Positions 48,791 to 61,005 of a DNA stretch of 64,000 bases are shown here, piece after piece. Origin of the DNA: Okamejei kenojei (Eukaryota); assembly GCA_035221665.1 (NCBI GenBank), contig CM069156.1:41726001-41790000 (forward strand). The letters run 5' to 3'. How positions within the stretch are numbered: position 1 is the stretch's first letter; each line of letters begins with the position of its first letter. Both the position numbers and the translations under genes were made by a program. The notes beneath the pieces are model-generated. The model saw only the letters and a list, made by a program, of their open reading frames with translations. It was not told the DNA's origin and did no database searches.

Positions 48791-49085
48791 AAAAACAAGC
48801 CCCACGCTTGATTTTAAAGCTTACCGGTCGGGTGTCGCTCCTCCCCCTCCTTCTCTTCCAACGGCTCCTGTGGGCCTCTGAGAAAAACAAGCCCCGCGCT
48901 TGATTTTAAAGCTTACCCCCCCCCCCCACCCCCCACCCATGTCGGGTGTCGCTCCTCCCCCTCCTTCATTCCAACGGCCCCTCCTGTGGGCCTCTGAGAA
49001 AAACAAGCCCCGCGCTTGATTTTAAAGCTTACCGGTCGGGTGTCGCTCCTCCCCCTCCTTCACTTCCAACGGCTCCTGTGGGCCT
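48791..49085 (-). repeat. Tandem ~90-115-bp monomers at the CR1 5' end
   Basis: aaaaacaagccccgcgcttgattttaaagcttacc...gtcgggtgtcgctcctccccctccttc...ctcctgtgggcctc occurs three times. A separate dimer ccaatcagctgcttaccctagtccacttccc lies at ~48654-48715. Confidence 0.9.
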
Positions 49086-49086
49086 C

Positions 49087-50260
49087 AGATCCCTCTAAGC
49101 ACAAGGGCCACATCTAACTCCCTCTTAAATATAGCCAATGAACTGGCCTCAACTACCTTCTGTGGCAGAGAATTCCAGAGACTCACCACTCTCTGTGTGA
49201 AAAATGTTTTTCTCATCTCGGTCCTAAAAGATTTCCCCCTTATCCTTAAACTGTGACCACTTGTTCTGGACTTCCCCAACATCGGGAACAATCTTCCTGC
49301 ATCTAGCCTGTCCAACCCCTTAAGAATTGTGTACGTTTCTATAAGATCCCCCCTCAATCTTCTAAATTCTAGCGAGTACAAGTCGAGTCTATCCAGTCTT
49401 TCTTCACATGAAAGTCCTGACATCCCAGGAGTCAGTCTGGCGAACCTTCTCTGTACTCCCTCTATGGCAAGTATGTATTTCCTCAGATTTGGGTACCAAT
49501 ACCAGGAGTGGTCTCACCAAGACCCCGTACAACTGCAGTAGAACCTCCCTGCTCCTATACTCAAATCCTTTTGCTATGAATGCTAACATACCATTCGCTT
49601 TCTTCACTGCCTGCTGCACCTGCATGCCTACTTTTAATGATTGGTGTACCATGACACCCAGGTCTCGTTGCATCTCCCCTTTTCCTAATCGGCCACCATT
49701 CAGATAATATTCTATTTTCCTATTTTTGCTACCAAAGTGGATAACCCCACATTTATCCACATTATACTGCATCTTCCATACATTTTCCCACTCACCCAGC
49801 CTATCCAAGTCACCTTGCAGCCTCCTAGCATCCTCCTCACAGCTAACACTGCCCCCCAGCTTTGTGTCATCCGCAAAACTTGGAGATGTTGCATTCAATT
49901 CCCTCGTCCAAATAATTAATATATATTGTAAATCGCTTGAGTCGCAGCACTATACATTGCGGTACCCCACTAGTCACTGCCTGCCATTCTGAAAAGGACC
50001 CGTTTACTCCTACTCTTTGCTTCCTGTCTGCCAGTCAGTTCTCTATCCACATCAATACTGAATCCCCAATACCGTGTGCTTTAAGTTTGCATACTAATCT
50101 CTTATGTGGGACCTTGTCGAAAGCCTTCTGAAAGTCCAGATATAACACATCCACTGGTTCTCCCTTATCCACTCCACTAGATACATCCTGGAAAATTTCT
50201 ATGATTCGTCAGATATGATTTACCTTTCGTAAATCCATGCTGACTTTGTCCAATGATTTC
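49087..50260 (-). mobile_element. CR1 3' fragment (host of the full-length copy)
   Basis: ORFs [16 protein letters not shown] and EERLDRLDLYSLEFRRL. Confidence 0.88.
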
Positions 50261-50780
50261 ACCGACTACCTTCCCTCACTGAAGCAGAAGATGGCTGCCC
50301 CCAACACTTTGTCCAATTGATATTATCAATTACATCCCTTCACTTTTAGATTGGGCATCTATGTGGTGCAGAAATTGGGAATTTGTCCTCACTGTAATTA
50401 AAATATTTACGTCAGCAGGTTTGGAAGAGGATGGATAAGAGTCTAATGTCAGGACTACACCCCTGGAAATCAATTTAAAAGAGGGGTGGTGAATCAGCAC
50501 TGGAGATGTTAAATCTAAATGCCTGCAGTAGGCTATACAAGGTGATGAGACAGACAGGCATACAGGCCACAAGTCGCAATGACCTCCACCTATGCCTTCT
50601 CTAACTGTGAGTATTTCACAGCTGCACTCCCCTGCACAGATCACATTTATCCTCTCATCCTTGTACACTAGTCTCTTTATGGCAATCTAAATCCCCATCG
50701 AATCATCCTCGTTGTGGTAAACATATATTTCATACATGTAATGGTGGGTCTTTAGCGGAGAGCACAAATTTGTGTCTAGA

Positions 50781-51438
50781 TGTGAGGAATAAAGTGATCA
50801 AACCCTATTAAAGAAAGGAGTTTTAAAGAGAATTCAAACAGAGAGGGGCTGGAGAGAGGATTCTGACAGCAGTGTCTGAAGGTTGCCAGTTGCCAGACCC
50901 ATCCTTGAGGCCTTGAGTTAGAAGAGATTCATTGTGTAGCTAGAGAAGGGGGTGGTGTAGAGAGATCCCTATCAGTGGAAAGGAGTGATAGATGGGACCC
51001 CTGTCACTATAGCTTAGCTTTAGTGATGATGTAGGAAAACTGAGAGGGATTTCACTAGGAGGTGAGTAAAACTGGGGCCAGAAGGTCATGAGCAATTGAG
51101 CATGCTTAATAGAAAAAATGATATACAACACACCCCCTGGTCAAGAAATTGCTCATTACCATGAACATGGTTGAACATGCGATGGATGATATGGGAGGTG
51201 CGAGGGGATGTACGGTGGGTTGTACCTACAGATTGTGCACCTCCGACCCTGATTGGAGAAAGGTCCGGAGGGGGGATTGAATGTAAGATTTTGTGTTATA
51301 AAGGGGGATGATCTCTCTGGCTTCGGGGTGTCTCGAGTTGGAGAGGCACCCGGTCTGCCCAGACTCGTAAAATAAAGAAATCTCTTGCTTCCAGGATTAG
51401 TCTTGAGTATTAATTGTGAGCATAAAGGGTATCTCACA
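50781..51438 (+). repeat. ERV 5' LTR
   Basis: TGTGAG...CTCACA inverted termini. TATAAA at ~51297 and AATAAA at ~51371. Confidence 0.95.
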
Positions 51439-51440
51439 AT

Positions 51441-51458
51441 TGGGGGCTCGTCCGCGAT
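51441..51458 (+). promoter_or_regulatory. Primer-binding site, tRNA-Pro type
   Basis: TGGGGGCTCGTCCGCGAT, one mismatch from the MLV PBS-Pro TGGGGGCTCGTCCGGGAT. Confidence 0.9.
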
Positions 51459-51699
51459 CGCCACTCCGGCTGCTTGGTGGAGGCAAGGAAGGAGGGGAAG
51501 GTGCACCCCTGCTGATTCGCTCAGCAGGTCGCCTGCCCATCTCCTTGCTTGCCATCAGCAGTTTTGAGCGAGTGATATCCGCTGGAAAAGACTCGTAAGG
51601 AAGCAAGAGGGGGTGTAAGGTAACTTACGTACGGGACGGTCACAGTGATTCTTGTGCACAAGACCAGGGTAAGAAAAAACGACTATTAATTATTATCTG

Positions 51700-53570
51700 G
51701 GCGACCGGGGGGTCTGTTCGGACGGGAATAGTCCGATGAGATAATGGAAACCGGGAACGGGAGACGTAAGGGTCCGGGGAACCGGGATGAGGCTCATACT
51801 GATGGAGCCGAACATTCCGCCCGAATAGTCCGTTGGGGCGAATGTTGTATGGAGGGGTGAGGGAAGAACACCCGGGGTAAGAGTAGAGAGACTATGATAA
51901 AGTTTTGTTATCTCCCTTGAGTGGCCGAAGGTCCAGCCTATTCGAGGGAGCGCAGTGTGGTGGCCGCGGTTGGGTCTCAAATTGAGGCTCGGGTGTGAGA
52001 CAGGCTTGAATGTTTTTATGAATGACATCTGACAAACGCTGAATCAAATAGAAAAGGAATCTGCCCAGTGCTGGAAACCCCAATAATGGGATGTTTCCGT
52101 TAAAAACGGAAAAAAAGAGCACGGATGAACCTGACTGGCCACCAATTGGTGATGATCACACCTACGGAGACTGCCCCCGCCATATGAATCCCAGCCCCCA
52201 AATATATCCCCATCAGAGCGCCGGCTGCACATTCCCAGGAGGTCCCACTAAGCCAGAGTCAGGCAGGGCGCACTAAGCCAGGCAGTATACCTGTCCGCTT
52301 CTGTCTCAGAGGAAGACAGAGTATAGAGAATTACGGAAAGTACAAGGTGGGGGGGGAACAAGAGAGCCAGTCAGATACGGAAAGAGAGAATAAAAGTGAG
52401 AGGACGAGTGGATGAGACGGGTGCCCCAGGCAGTCATCGGGAGGAGGACCGCGATCTCAAACGAGGGCTCGAGGCACAGGGTTATATTAGAGCGGTCTGT
52501 TCGAATGAAAGCCCCTCAGGGAGGACCCCGTTAGGGGGAAATGTCGGCCCCCCCGGTGGAATTTGTAAATGTGCCTACTCACCAGTATGGAGGTGAGAAA
52601 CTTTTAAAAGGGAGATGAAAAGTTTATTGACGACCCCTTGGGGACTGGCTGAACAAATAGATCAGTTCCTAGGGCCAAATTGTTTATACATGGGGAGGAA
52701 ATGTGGTCGATACTGGGAAGTTTGTTTACTTCAGAAGAAAGGCAGATGGTCAGACAGGCCGGGGAATAAAGGTTTGGGATAAGGGGTTGTCGGCTGACGC
52801 GCGGTGAGCAGGAGATGCAGGTCGCAGCTCGAAATATCCCCATAACTGTGCCAAATTGGAATAACCAAACAGAGGAAGGAAGAAAAAGAATGAGGGGGGA
52901 GATCTCAGGGAGATACTCTCCCTAATAAAGGGAATCAGAGAAGCCGAGTCCCAAGGGACAGAATTCGAACGGGCTTTTGAAAATCTGCAGAACAAGGACG
53001 AACCTCCAACAGTGTTCTTACAAAGATTAAGGTGGGAACGTCCAGCAGTATTCGGGGATAGACCCTGATACGACCGCAGGGCCAGCAGCAGTTGTTGAAG
53101 GTTAATTTTGTTTGTGACAAAATCATGGCCAGATTATTAGAAAGAAATTGGCAAAAAATTGGACAAGATTGGAATGGAAAAACCATTGAATCAGTTGTTA
53201 ACAGAGGCTCAAAAGGTTTAAGTAAGACGGGATGAGGGAGTAGCAAGACTCACAGAAGGGAAAAAGCAAAAATGATGTTGCAAGCAGTACAGCAAGTAGC
53301 ATCAGAAGGGGGGAATTGAAGGTGATAGAAAGCCCGGTGTCGTGGAGACCGGGAAGGGGAAGCCACGGTAGTATTAGAGGACAAGGAAGAGGTGAACGGA
53401 GGGGACCGAAGTTGGGGTCCCCGGAAAACAAGGAACAAGAAACAGAAGGATGGCTATACGGGGCCACCCCGGTGTTATTATTGTAAAGAGCCGGGTCATT
53501 TCAAAAGGGAATGTCCTAAGCTACGACGGCGAGGTGCAGGGGTTTTCGTACGCATCATGGAGGAGAATAG
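51700..53570 (+). pseudogene. gag: ERV gag (frameshifted)
   Basis: MA-like IPP.SPLGRML and WP..GS. MHR-like QNKDEPPTVFLQRL at ~52990. CCHC knuckle CYYCKEPGHFKRECP at ~53473-53517. TAG-G readthrough-like context at ~53568. Confidence 0.85.
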
Positions 53571-56500
53571 GGGTAGTCAGGGGTTCCGCTCCCTGGGGTG
53601 TATGAGGATACACACGGGAACCTCTGGTAAACTTGAGATTATTAGGACCCAGGGCCCAGGGGAGGAGGATTGATATTCCCGCATGGTAGATTCGGGAGCA
53701 GAGAGATCAAGTGGTAACTAACGGTACACAGAAGGAATGAGATTGGGTAAAAAACAAGTTAGAATCTCAGGGGTAGAAGGGAAAGTGATGACATTACCCG
53801 AGGTAGAAGGGTGGTGGTGAAATATCGAGAATCGGGAAACTATGGAAGATTTAATCTTAGTAGTACCCCAGCAGGGGATGAATTTGATGGGAAGAGACTT
53901 ACGAATTCAATTAGGAATGGGAACAGCCCCGTAGGGGGACAGATAATAGTCCAATTGTATAAATTGATCCCCACGGAGGACGAGGGGAAGAAATAGTCCC
54001 GCAGGTGTGGGCCAAGGAAGGAAACCGGGGTTGGGCTGCAGATCCCACCCTTGAAAATAGCTCTGAAAAAAGAAAGTGAGATAGTACGGGTAAGGCAATA
54101 TCCAATTTCTTATGGAAGGAAGGAGAGGAGACTTCAGGCAATTATAGAGAACTTACTAAATACGGTATATTAGAGAGTTGTATGTCCCCAGATAACACCC
54201 CCGTACTCCCCGTAAGGAAGACCGACGGGACGGTCAGATTGGTCCAGGATCTCAGGAATTAAATAAGGTAGTTAGAACGCGACACACCTGGTAGTCCCGA
54301 ACCCGTATACCATAATGGGAGGGACGGATACCCCCGAATCACAAGTGTTCAGTGTGGTAGATTTATAAGACGCGTTTTGGATCTAAAGCTGTCCCCTGGG
54401 CTGAAGAGAGCAGGGACCTTTTTGCGTTTGAATGGGAAAACCCAGAGACCCAAAGGAAACAGCAGTATCGGTGTGGACTGCACAACCTCAGGGATTTACA
54501 GAGTCCCCAAACCTGTTTGGACAGAGATTAGAACAGTATTAGAGGACCGTCCCGAGGACTGATGAGACACAGCTGTTGCAGTATGTGGACGATTTATTAC
54601 TATCAGGGGAAGAAGAGGAGGCAGTTAAGGATGCAACAATAACCCTCCAAACTTTCTGGGGGACTAAAAAGGGGTTGACAGTGTCTAGAAGTATCCCGGT
54701 TGTCCAGGTCTTTAGAAGTAAGTTACAGTTTGTAGAACGAGAAGTTAAATATCTAGGACACCTGATAAGCGATGGGAAAAAAGGGGGAGAATAAACCCAA
54801 AAGGATAGCGGGAATTACCGGACTTGCCAATGCCGAAGAATAGAAGGAGATTAGGAAGTTTCTTGGACTGATTGGATATTGTAGATTATGGATAGATGAC
54901 TATACCCGACAGGGTTAGGTTTCTATATGATAAATTAAGCGAAGAAAATGATAAAGTAAAGTGGGAATCCAGGGACGAACACCAGTTTAGGAAATTAAAG
55001 AACAGTTTAATCACTGCCCCTGTACTGGCTCTCCCGTCTATTGTACAGCCAGTCCATCTTTTTGTGTACGCAGAAAATGGAAATTTGCGCTGGGAGTAAC
55101 TACCCAAGAGAAAGGAAGGGAAGCGCAGCCCGGCGCGTTCCTCTCCAAATCTCTTGGAGCAAGGATCGCGGGGAGGGCCAGTATGTATTCAAGCGGTATC
55201 AGCCACAGCGGTGTTGGGAAGAAAGTAGAAAAAATTGACGGTTGGAGGAACTCTGGGTGTCCACATCCCCCACACGTCCCGGACATACTAACTCAACAGA
55301 CCAGTCGGTGGTGACGGATGCGTAGAATATTTTTGAAGTAGAGGTTATACTTAGGGAAAAAGAATGATGTACCATTGTAACGGATAAAAACCAAATCCCT
55401 CTCAGGTTTGGTACTCGGCAGTGCTGAGCAGGAAGGGGAGTTATCAGAACATGAGGTAAGTGAATAATGAACTCAGACAAAGAGTAGGGAAGATTTAGAA
55501 GAACGACCACTGGAGAACAGGGGAAAGATGGTTATGATGTTCTTCCCGATGCATAGACGGAAAAAGGTATAGTGGTATGCTATAATAACCGAGAAGGGTT
55601 TGAAAAAGGAAAAGCAGGCAGGTTACCAGAAGTTGGTCCCGCAAACGTTGAATTATATGCATTACTGAGGGCATTGGAACTATGAAAGGGAAAGAAGGAA
55701 ACTGTGTAACGGACTCCAAGTATGCCGTTGGGGTACACACCTCAGGGAAAATCTGAAAGAAAAGGGATGATTACAGCCAGAGGGAAAGAGTTTGGCTCAG
55801 GAACATAAAATTGAGAAAGCGTGTGGGGAAGCACTAAAATTGCCAAAAGATATACGTGGTCAGGTACAGGCACCAGAGAGGGAAATGCGCTGGAAGCTAG
55901 AGGGAAACAGGCAGTCGATAGTGCCGCTAAGACAGCACGACAGAAGGACGGTAAAAATTGCTGTCTCTGATACGTGAGATAGGGGATAGAGAAGATACCT
56001 TATTCTCGCGGGAGGAGAAGATAAAATGAATGAGTTGGGTGCCCCGGTCGCTCCACGACGGGAAGGGTTGGACGCCGGACAAAAAACAATAATTACTAAA
56101 GGATTGATGAGGGATTTGATTAGACAACTACTTTCGCAATCGCACTGGGAGCTCAGGCTCTGTGCGACACGATACTTACGGACTTAGCCTGTAGAGCATT
56201 TATACTTTAGCCAAGCAGCGGTGTCTGGGTGTGTAGTGTGTCAAAGGTGAAAAGCAGGTAATGAGAGCTGCCAGGGGGAGGCCACAATTGGCCATTAGAC
56301 CCTTCCAGAGAATACAGGAACTTCACAGAATTACCACAATGACAGCAGTGGAAATAGCTTCTGAGTTTATAGTGGAATCACTTCACCAGTGGGTAGAGGC
56401 AGTTCCACGATTAAATGCCACGCCCAGCAGTTACAAGATATTGCTGGAACAAATCATCCCACGATAATGGAGGATAATTAATCCAATAGACTCAGATAGA

Positions 56501-57100
56501 GGAACACATTTTGCTTCCAAGGTGCACCTATTAATTTTGTCCGCGCCTTGGAAGAAACTGGAAGCTGCAGACCGGGCACCCCCAGAGTTCGGGAGAGTGG
56601 AGCGGATGAATGCCACTCTAAAAATACAGATAACTAAAATTAATGGAGAACGGGGGTTACCCTGGACGAATGTCTACCAATTGCGTCTATTGCTAATACG
56701 GACGGCACCACGAAAGGATAGTGCGGTGACTCCCAAGAAATGTTGTTTGGGACTGCCTTATTTTGGGAAGGTGGAAGGCACACCAACCTTTGAGGGAGGT
56801 GATGTATTCTTGAGGAACTATTTACTGCCAGTGTCCCGTGTCCCCTTACAGAATTTAAAGCGAAAGGATTTATTGGCTCTAAGCCCGCCACTTGAACTTT
56901 CCAATACATGCTGTAAGGCTGGCGACTGGTACGGTCAAAAAGTGGAAGGAGGAGAAACTCAGCCCAGTGGACTGGACCGTACCTAGTATTACTGACAACC
57001 GAGACAGCAATAATACGAACAAAAGAGAAAGGGTGGACCCCGCGATCCAGGGTTTATAGGGACCCGTCGATCCACCCGTTCCTGAGGAGGAGGAACTTGG
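53571..57100 (+). pseudogene. pol: ERV pro-pol (protease, RT, RNase H, integrase; frameshifted)
   Basis: VDSGAE at ~53686; LVQDLR; QYVDDLLL at ~54580; FLGLIGYCRLWI; TDSKYA; IN HWG...CVVC, DSDRGTHF and GRVERMNATLK. Confidence 0.9.
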
Positions 57101-57169
57101 ACGGTGAAGCCGGGAAGTAAACCCCTAACAGGATGGGAATATAATAATCAAGGGAAGGAATAACGCAGT

Positions 57170-59940
57170 ATGAAAGAAGCTTGTGGTATTGTTTTGCTTT
57201 GTAGGGAATTGGGTGTAAAAGGTATTAATAATTGTGATGAATGGTATCACCTATTCAATACAGAGGCAATACCAGTCCTTTACCTATCTTCCCATGTGAA
57301 TAAAGCATGCCATGACCGAAAGCATAGATACCTTTGTAAAGAGGGGGGAATGGAGTATTTGATGGGCAGCAATAGGGGTATATAGGGAAAAGTTTGGGGC
57401 CGTTACCCGGCCCAAGGGGAAAGAGATGGTTGGTGTACATTAGTTTTCCCTTCTCAATCATAAAAGGGCAATAGATAAAACGAAGAGGAATATGAAAGAG
57501 ATTACTAAGTATAGTCACTAGAGCTCCCCCTCCCCCCACAGACCTCAGCCGCAAGGTGCACCAGACACTGTACGAAAAAGCAAAAGCAGATCGAAATCCC
57601 TAAGAGGAAAAAAACCTGTTGTGGACTTGGCCACCCCGGATAGCGGGACCCGGAATGTGACTAACTGTTGGGTCTGTCGAGGACCACTGAGGAATCACCG
57701 GCCGGGGAGAGGAGCCATTGTTGAAATATGGAACTGATGGGTGGAACCTGACAATTTGACAAGACCGAGATCCCCAGGGGGTATGGGTCCTGACAGATTG
57801 TCTCGGTCGGGACTGAGTGTAGCCTAGGCCCTGGGCAAAGGATGCCGTCCGAGTAGGCAGCAGCCCCGCCACGCATCGCCACTCCCAGGGGGCCAAATCA
57901 GTCCCGAGTGTGGTGGCCAGAGGAGCCTAAATGGTATCTAACATGAAATATGGGAAAAACTGCGCTATCCGATGGAGGTGAGGATGGAAATCAGCCGACT
58001 ATGGAACTGCACCGGGAATTACCCTTATCAGGGATCCCATAGTGCGAGTTATAATTGGAACAAGGTTGCTCTAGGGAAGACCGGCCCCTGAAAAGTATTG
58101 TTATGGATATGCGGATCAAGGCTTACTCGGTGTAGTAAATTAATTAAACAAAGTTTATGAAAAATTTAAAAAATATAGTAAATTATAATATTTAATTATA
58201 GGGCATTTGAAAAAAAATTACATTAAGTCGGTGTTAATATGTATTTATTAAATATTAATTTATTTTATTAAATACTCCGGTGTTAAGGTTTTAATATTTA
58301 TTTTAAAATAAAAGAATTCATAAAACTGAATAACGTTAACTATTCATAATGATCTTAATATTGATTAATTTATTAATAATTATATTTATTAAAAATTACA
58401 TGAAAGTAAAATTATCTATATTAAAAACATATCATTAATATTTAATTATATTGAATTAAAACATAAAAGATTATTAATGTAGAAATTTACAATTATATAA
58501 TTATTACGGCGAATTAAAAAAATAAATTATTGATACTTCTTAGATTTACATTTTTAATAAAGTTTAAGAAAATTATATATAAATTATAAAATTTTATTAG
58601 TTTGCATAATTAAAATTTTTAACTTATAATGAAAAGATTAAAATATTTTGTATGAATTAAGAAAAAAATAATATTGTAAAATAAAAAAATAAAATAAAAA
58701 TACATTTTAATCTAATTATTTTGAAACCAGTTCAATTCTTATTTTTACAAGGTTATATTATGGGGTACAATTTATTTTAAATTAATTATTTAAGTAGTTA
58801 AGAAGTACTTCCCCATTTTAAAATAAAATCTTTGATTAAATTAAACAGAAAATAATCAACTCTACATTCAAAAGCAAAATTACATCACCAAAATCACTAA
58901 ACCACAATAAACACCCCAAAAAACAAACCACAATCATTAAAATAAAAAATCCCTTCAAAAAACAACCCCAGCCGAGCCCGCAAATCCAACACCTATCAAC
59001 CTCCCCCACCGATAACAGCATCGCCCATAACTCCGTGACCACCACCCCCCCCCCCACACACTACATCCACCCCCCCCACCAGAGCACCGCCACCCCCCCC
59101 CCTCCCACCACCCACCATTCCCCCCCACCCCACAACCCCCCCCCCAGGGTGAAGCCCTGGTGTGGGACTTGGTTTTATTTGGACTGGTACAACCGGATTC
59201 TTCCTTTAAACCCCCAAGAAGGGCTGGTCGTTAGATGCCTTATATTCAGAAAATAGAGAAAATAGACCATTGGAGAATGGAAGAATGATGAGTGGCCACC
59301 CGCAAGAATCATCTCATACTACGGACCCAGCCACCTGGGCACAGGATGGATCCTGGGCTATACCGCACACCATATACAATGTTAAACCGGATCATAAGGC
59401 TTCAGGCAGTATAGGAGGGTAATTACAACCAAACTGCGGGGGTGCGAGATGCTGGCAAAGCAGCAGACGGCAGAAGAGAGCAGAAATATACCAGAACAGT
59501 TAGCCCTAGATTACCTCCTGGTCAGAAGAAGAGGGGTATGCGGAAATGAAACCTCGCCTAATTGCTGTTTGAACAGCGATGATAATGGACCGGATGGATG
59601 GACATATCAGAAGGGATCCGGAAGTTGGCGCATGTTTGCCAAACTAAAGTGGAATTCGATTATGGGAACCCATGGTGGGATTCTATCCTTCGGAGGAACA
59701 TGGTGGAGAACGGTGGGACTGTGTGTTTTCTATGAGCAGTGGCTGGACTGATCTTTATCCCTTGTTTGGTATCCCTTGTTAAGGGAACTTATTACCAGAA
59801 TATTAAGTCAGATGCAGGCGGTATCATGCCTATGGGAGAGAAAGGGGAAATACAGAAAATAATGGATAATGCGGCCAGGGGAAGTTTATTGATTTACAGA
59901 GGAAGAAGATTAGGACGATTGTTACGTCGAGTTCGAATTT
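57170..59940 (+). pseudogene. env: ERV env, ERV3/HERV-I-like (frameshifted, interrupted at ~58135-59145)
   Basis: NCWVC at ~57663. TM region WKNDEWPPARII..YGPATWAQDGSW....MLNRIIRLQAV. Immunosuppressive-like LALDYLL followed by C-x6-CC. Confidence 0.85.
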
Positions 59941-59982
59941 GAAGGAACTTAAAATGAGGGGTTTAAATCATGTATGCGTAGC

Positions 59983-59998
59983 AAAAGAAAAAGGAGGA
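59983..59998 (+). promoter_or_regulatory. Polypurine tract
   Basis: AAAAGAAAAAGGAGGA immediately before the 3' LTR. Confidence 0.88.
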
Positions 59999-59999
59999 T

Positions 60000-60649
60000 T
60001 GTGAGGAAAAAAGTGATTAAACCCTATTAAAGAAAGGAGTTTTAAAGAGAATTCAAACAGAGAGGGGCTGGAGAGAGTCAAGTTCTGACAGCAGTGCGAG
60101 GTTGCCCAGTTGCCAGACCGATCCCTTGAGGCCTTGAGTTAGAAGAGATTTCATTGTGTAGCTAGAGAAGGGGTGGTGACAGAAGACTCTATCAGTGGGA
60201 AAGGAGTTAGATGGGACCCCAGGCACTAAAACTTAGCTTGAGTGCTGATATAGACAACGAGAGGGTTCCCTAGGAGGTGAGTAAATACGGGCCCGTACAT
60301 GAGCAATTGAGCATGCTTAATAGAAAAAATGAATATTACAACACACTCCTGGTCAAGAAATTGCTCATTACCAAAACATGTTTTGAACATGCGATGGATG
60401 ATATGGGAGGTGCGAGGGGATGTACGGTGGGTTGTACCTACAGATTGTGCATCTCCGACCCTGATTGGAGAAAGGTCCGGAGGGGGGATTGAATGTAAGA
60501 TTTTGTGTATAAAGGGGGATGATCTCTCTGGCTTCGGGGTGTCTCGAGTTGGAGAGGCACCCGGTCTGCAGACTCGTAAAATAAAGAAATCTCTTGCTTC
60601 CAGGATTTAGTCTTTGAGTATTAATTGTGAGCATAAAGGGTATCTCACA
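60000..60649 (+). repeat. ERV 3' LTR
   Basis: Direct repeat of 50781-51438. Confidence 0.95.
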
Positions 60650-60774
60650 TAGATTTGTAGATCCAATCACAGTGAGAGCAGTTCCAGTAATGCATAACTA
60701 CCAATTAGTCAGATTGTATCGTATTTCTTCCGATTTATAAGTTTAAAAAGTGTGAAAAATCTGAACAGTACGAT

Positions 60775-61005
60775 TTTGAAATGAGGGAGAAAAAATGGCC
60801 AATCAACCGCTGTCTCTAAGGTGGTTGCGTCCAATCAGCAACCGGCTTCCCGTAAAATACCCATCCAATCAGCCGTTGTCTCCAAGAGCATTGTGTCCAA
60901 TCACAGAATGCGCTGATCACACGGCAGCCAATCAGACGCTGTCTCCGAGGGGCCAATCACCGACCAGCTTCCTTCACTGAAGCAGAAGATGGCTGCACCC
61001 AACAC
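60775..61005. promoter_or_regulatory. CCAAT-box array (copy 2)
   Basis: All six CCAATCA boxes, TTTGAA and the YY1-like motifs are conserved relative to 38494-38720. Confidence 0.55.

Larger units (their letters stand above)
44613..49085 (-). mobile_element. Full-length CR1 LINE, (CCATATAA)n-tail subfamily, nested in another CR1
   Basis: 5' tandem monomers, ORF1 and ORF2 (APE + RT), and tail at 44613-44637. The host CR1 runs 44486-44612 and continues at ~49087-50260. Confidence 0.93.
50781..60649 (+). mobile_element. Endogenous retrovirus, class I (gamma/epsilon-like), full proviral structure LTR-gag-pro-pol-env-LTR
   Basis: Paired TG...CA LTRs, 4-bp TSD TAGA (50777-50780 / 60650-60653), PBS, PPT, and gag/pro/RT/IN/env motifs. 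Confidence 0.96.

Noticed and set aside
48791-49085. Repeat array resembling CRISPR
   Set aside because: Eukaryotic context, tandem monomers without unique spacers, located at a LINE 5' end.
58135-58840. AT-rich stretch as an organellar or parasite insertion
   Set aside because: No tRNA, rRNA or coding signal recognisable; an artefact is the simpler explanation pending read evidence.
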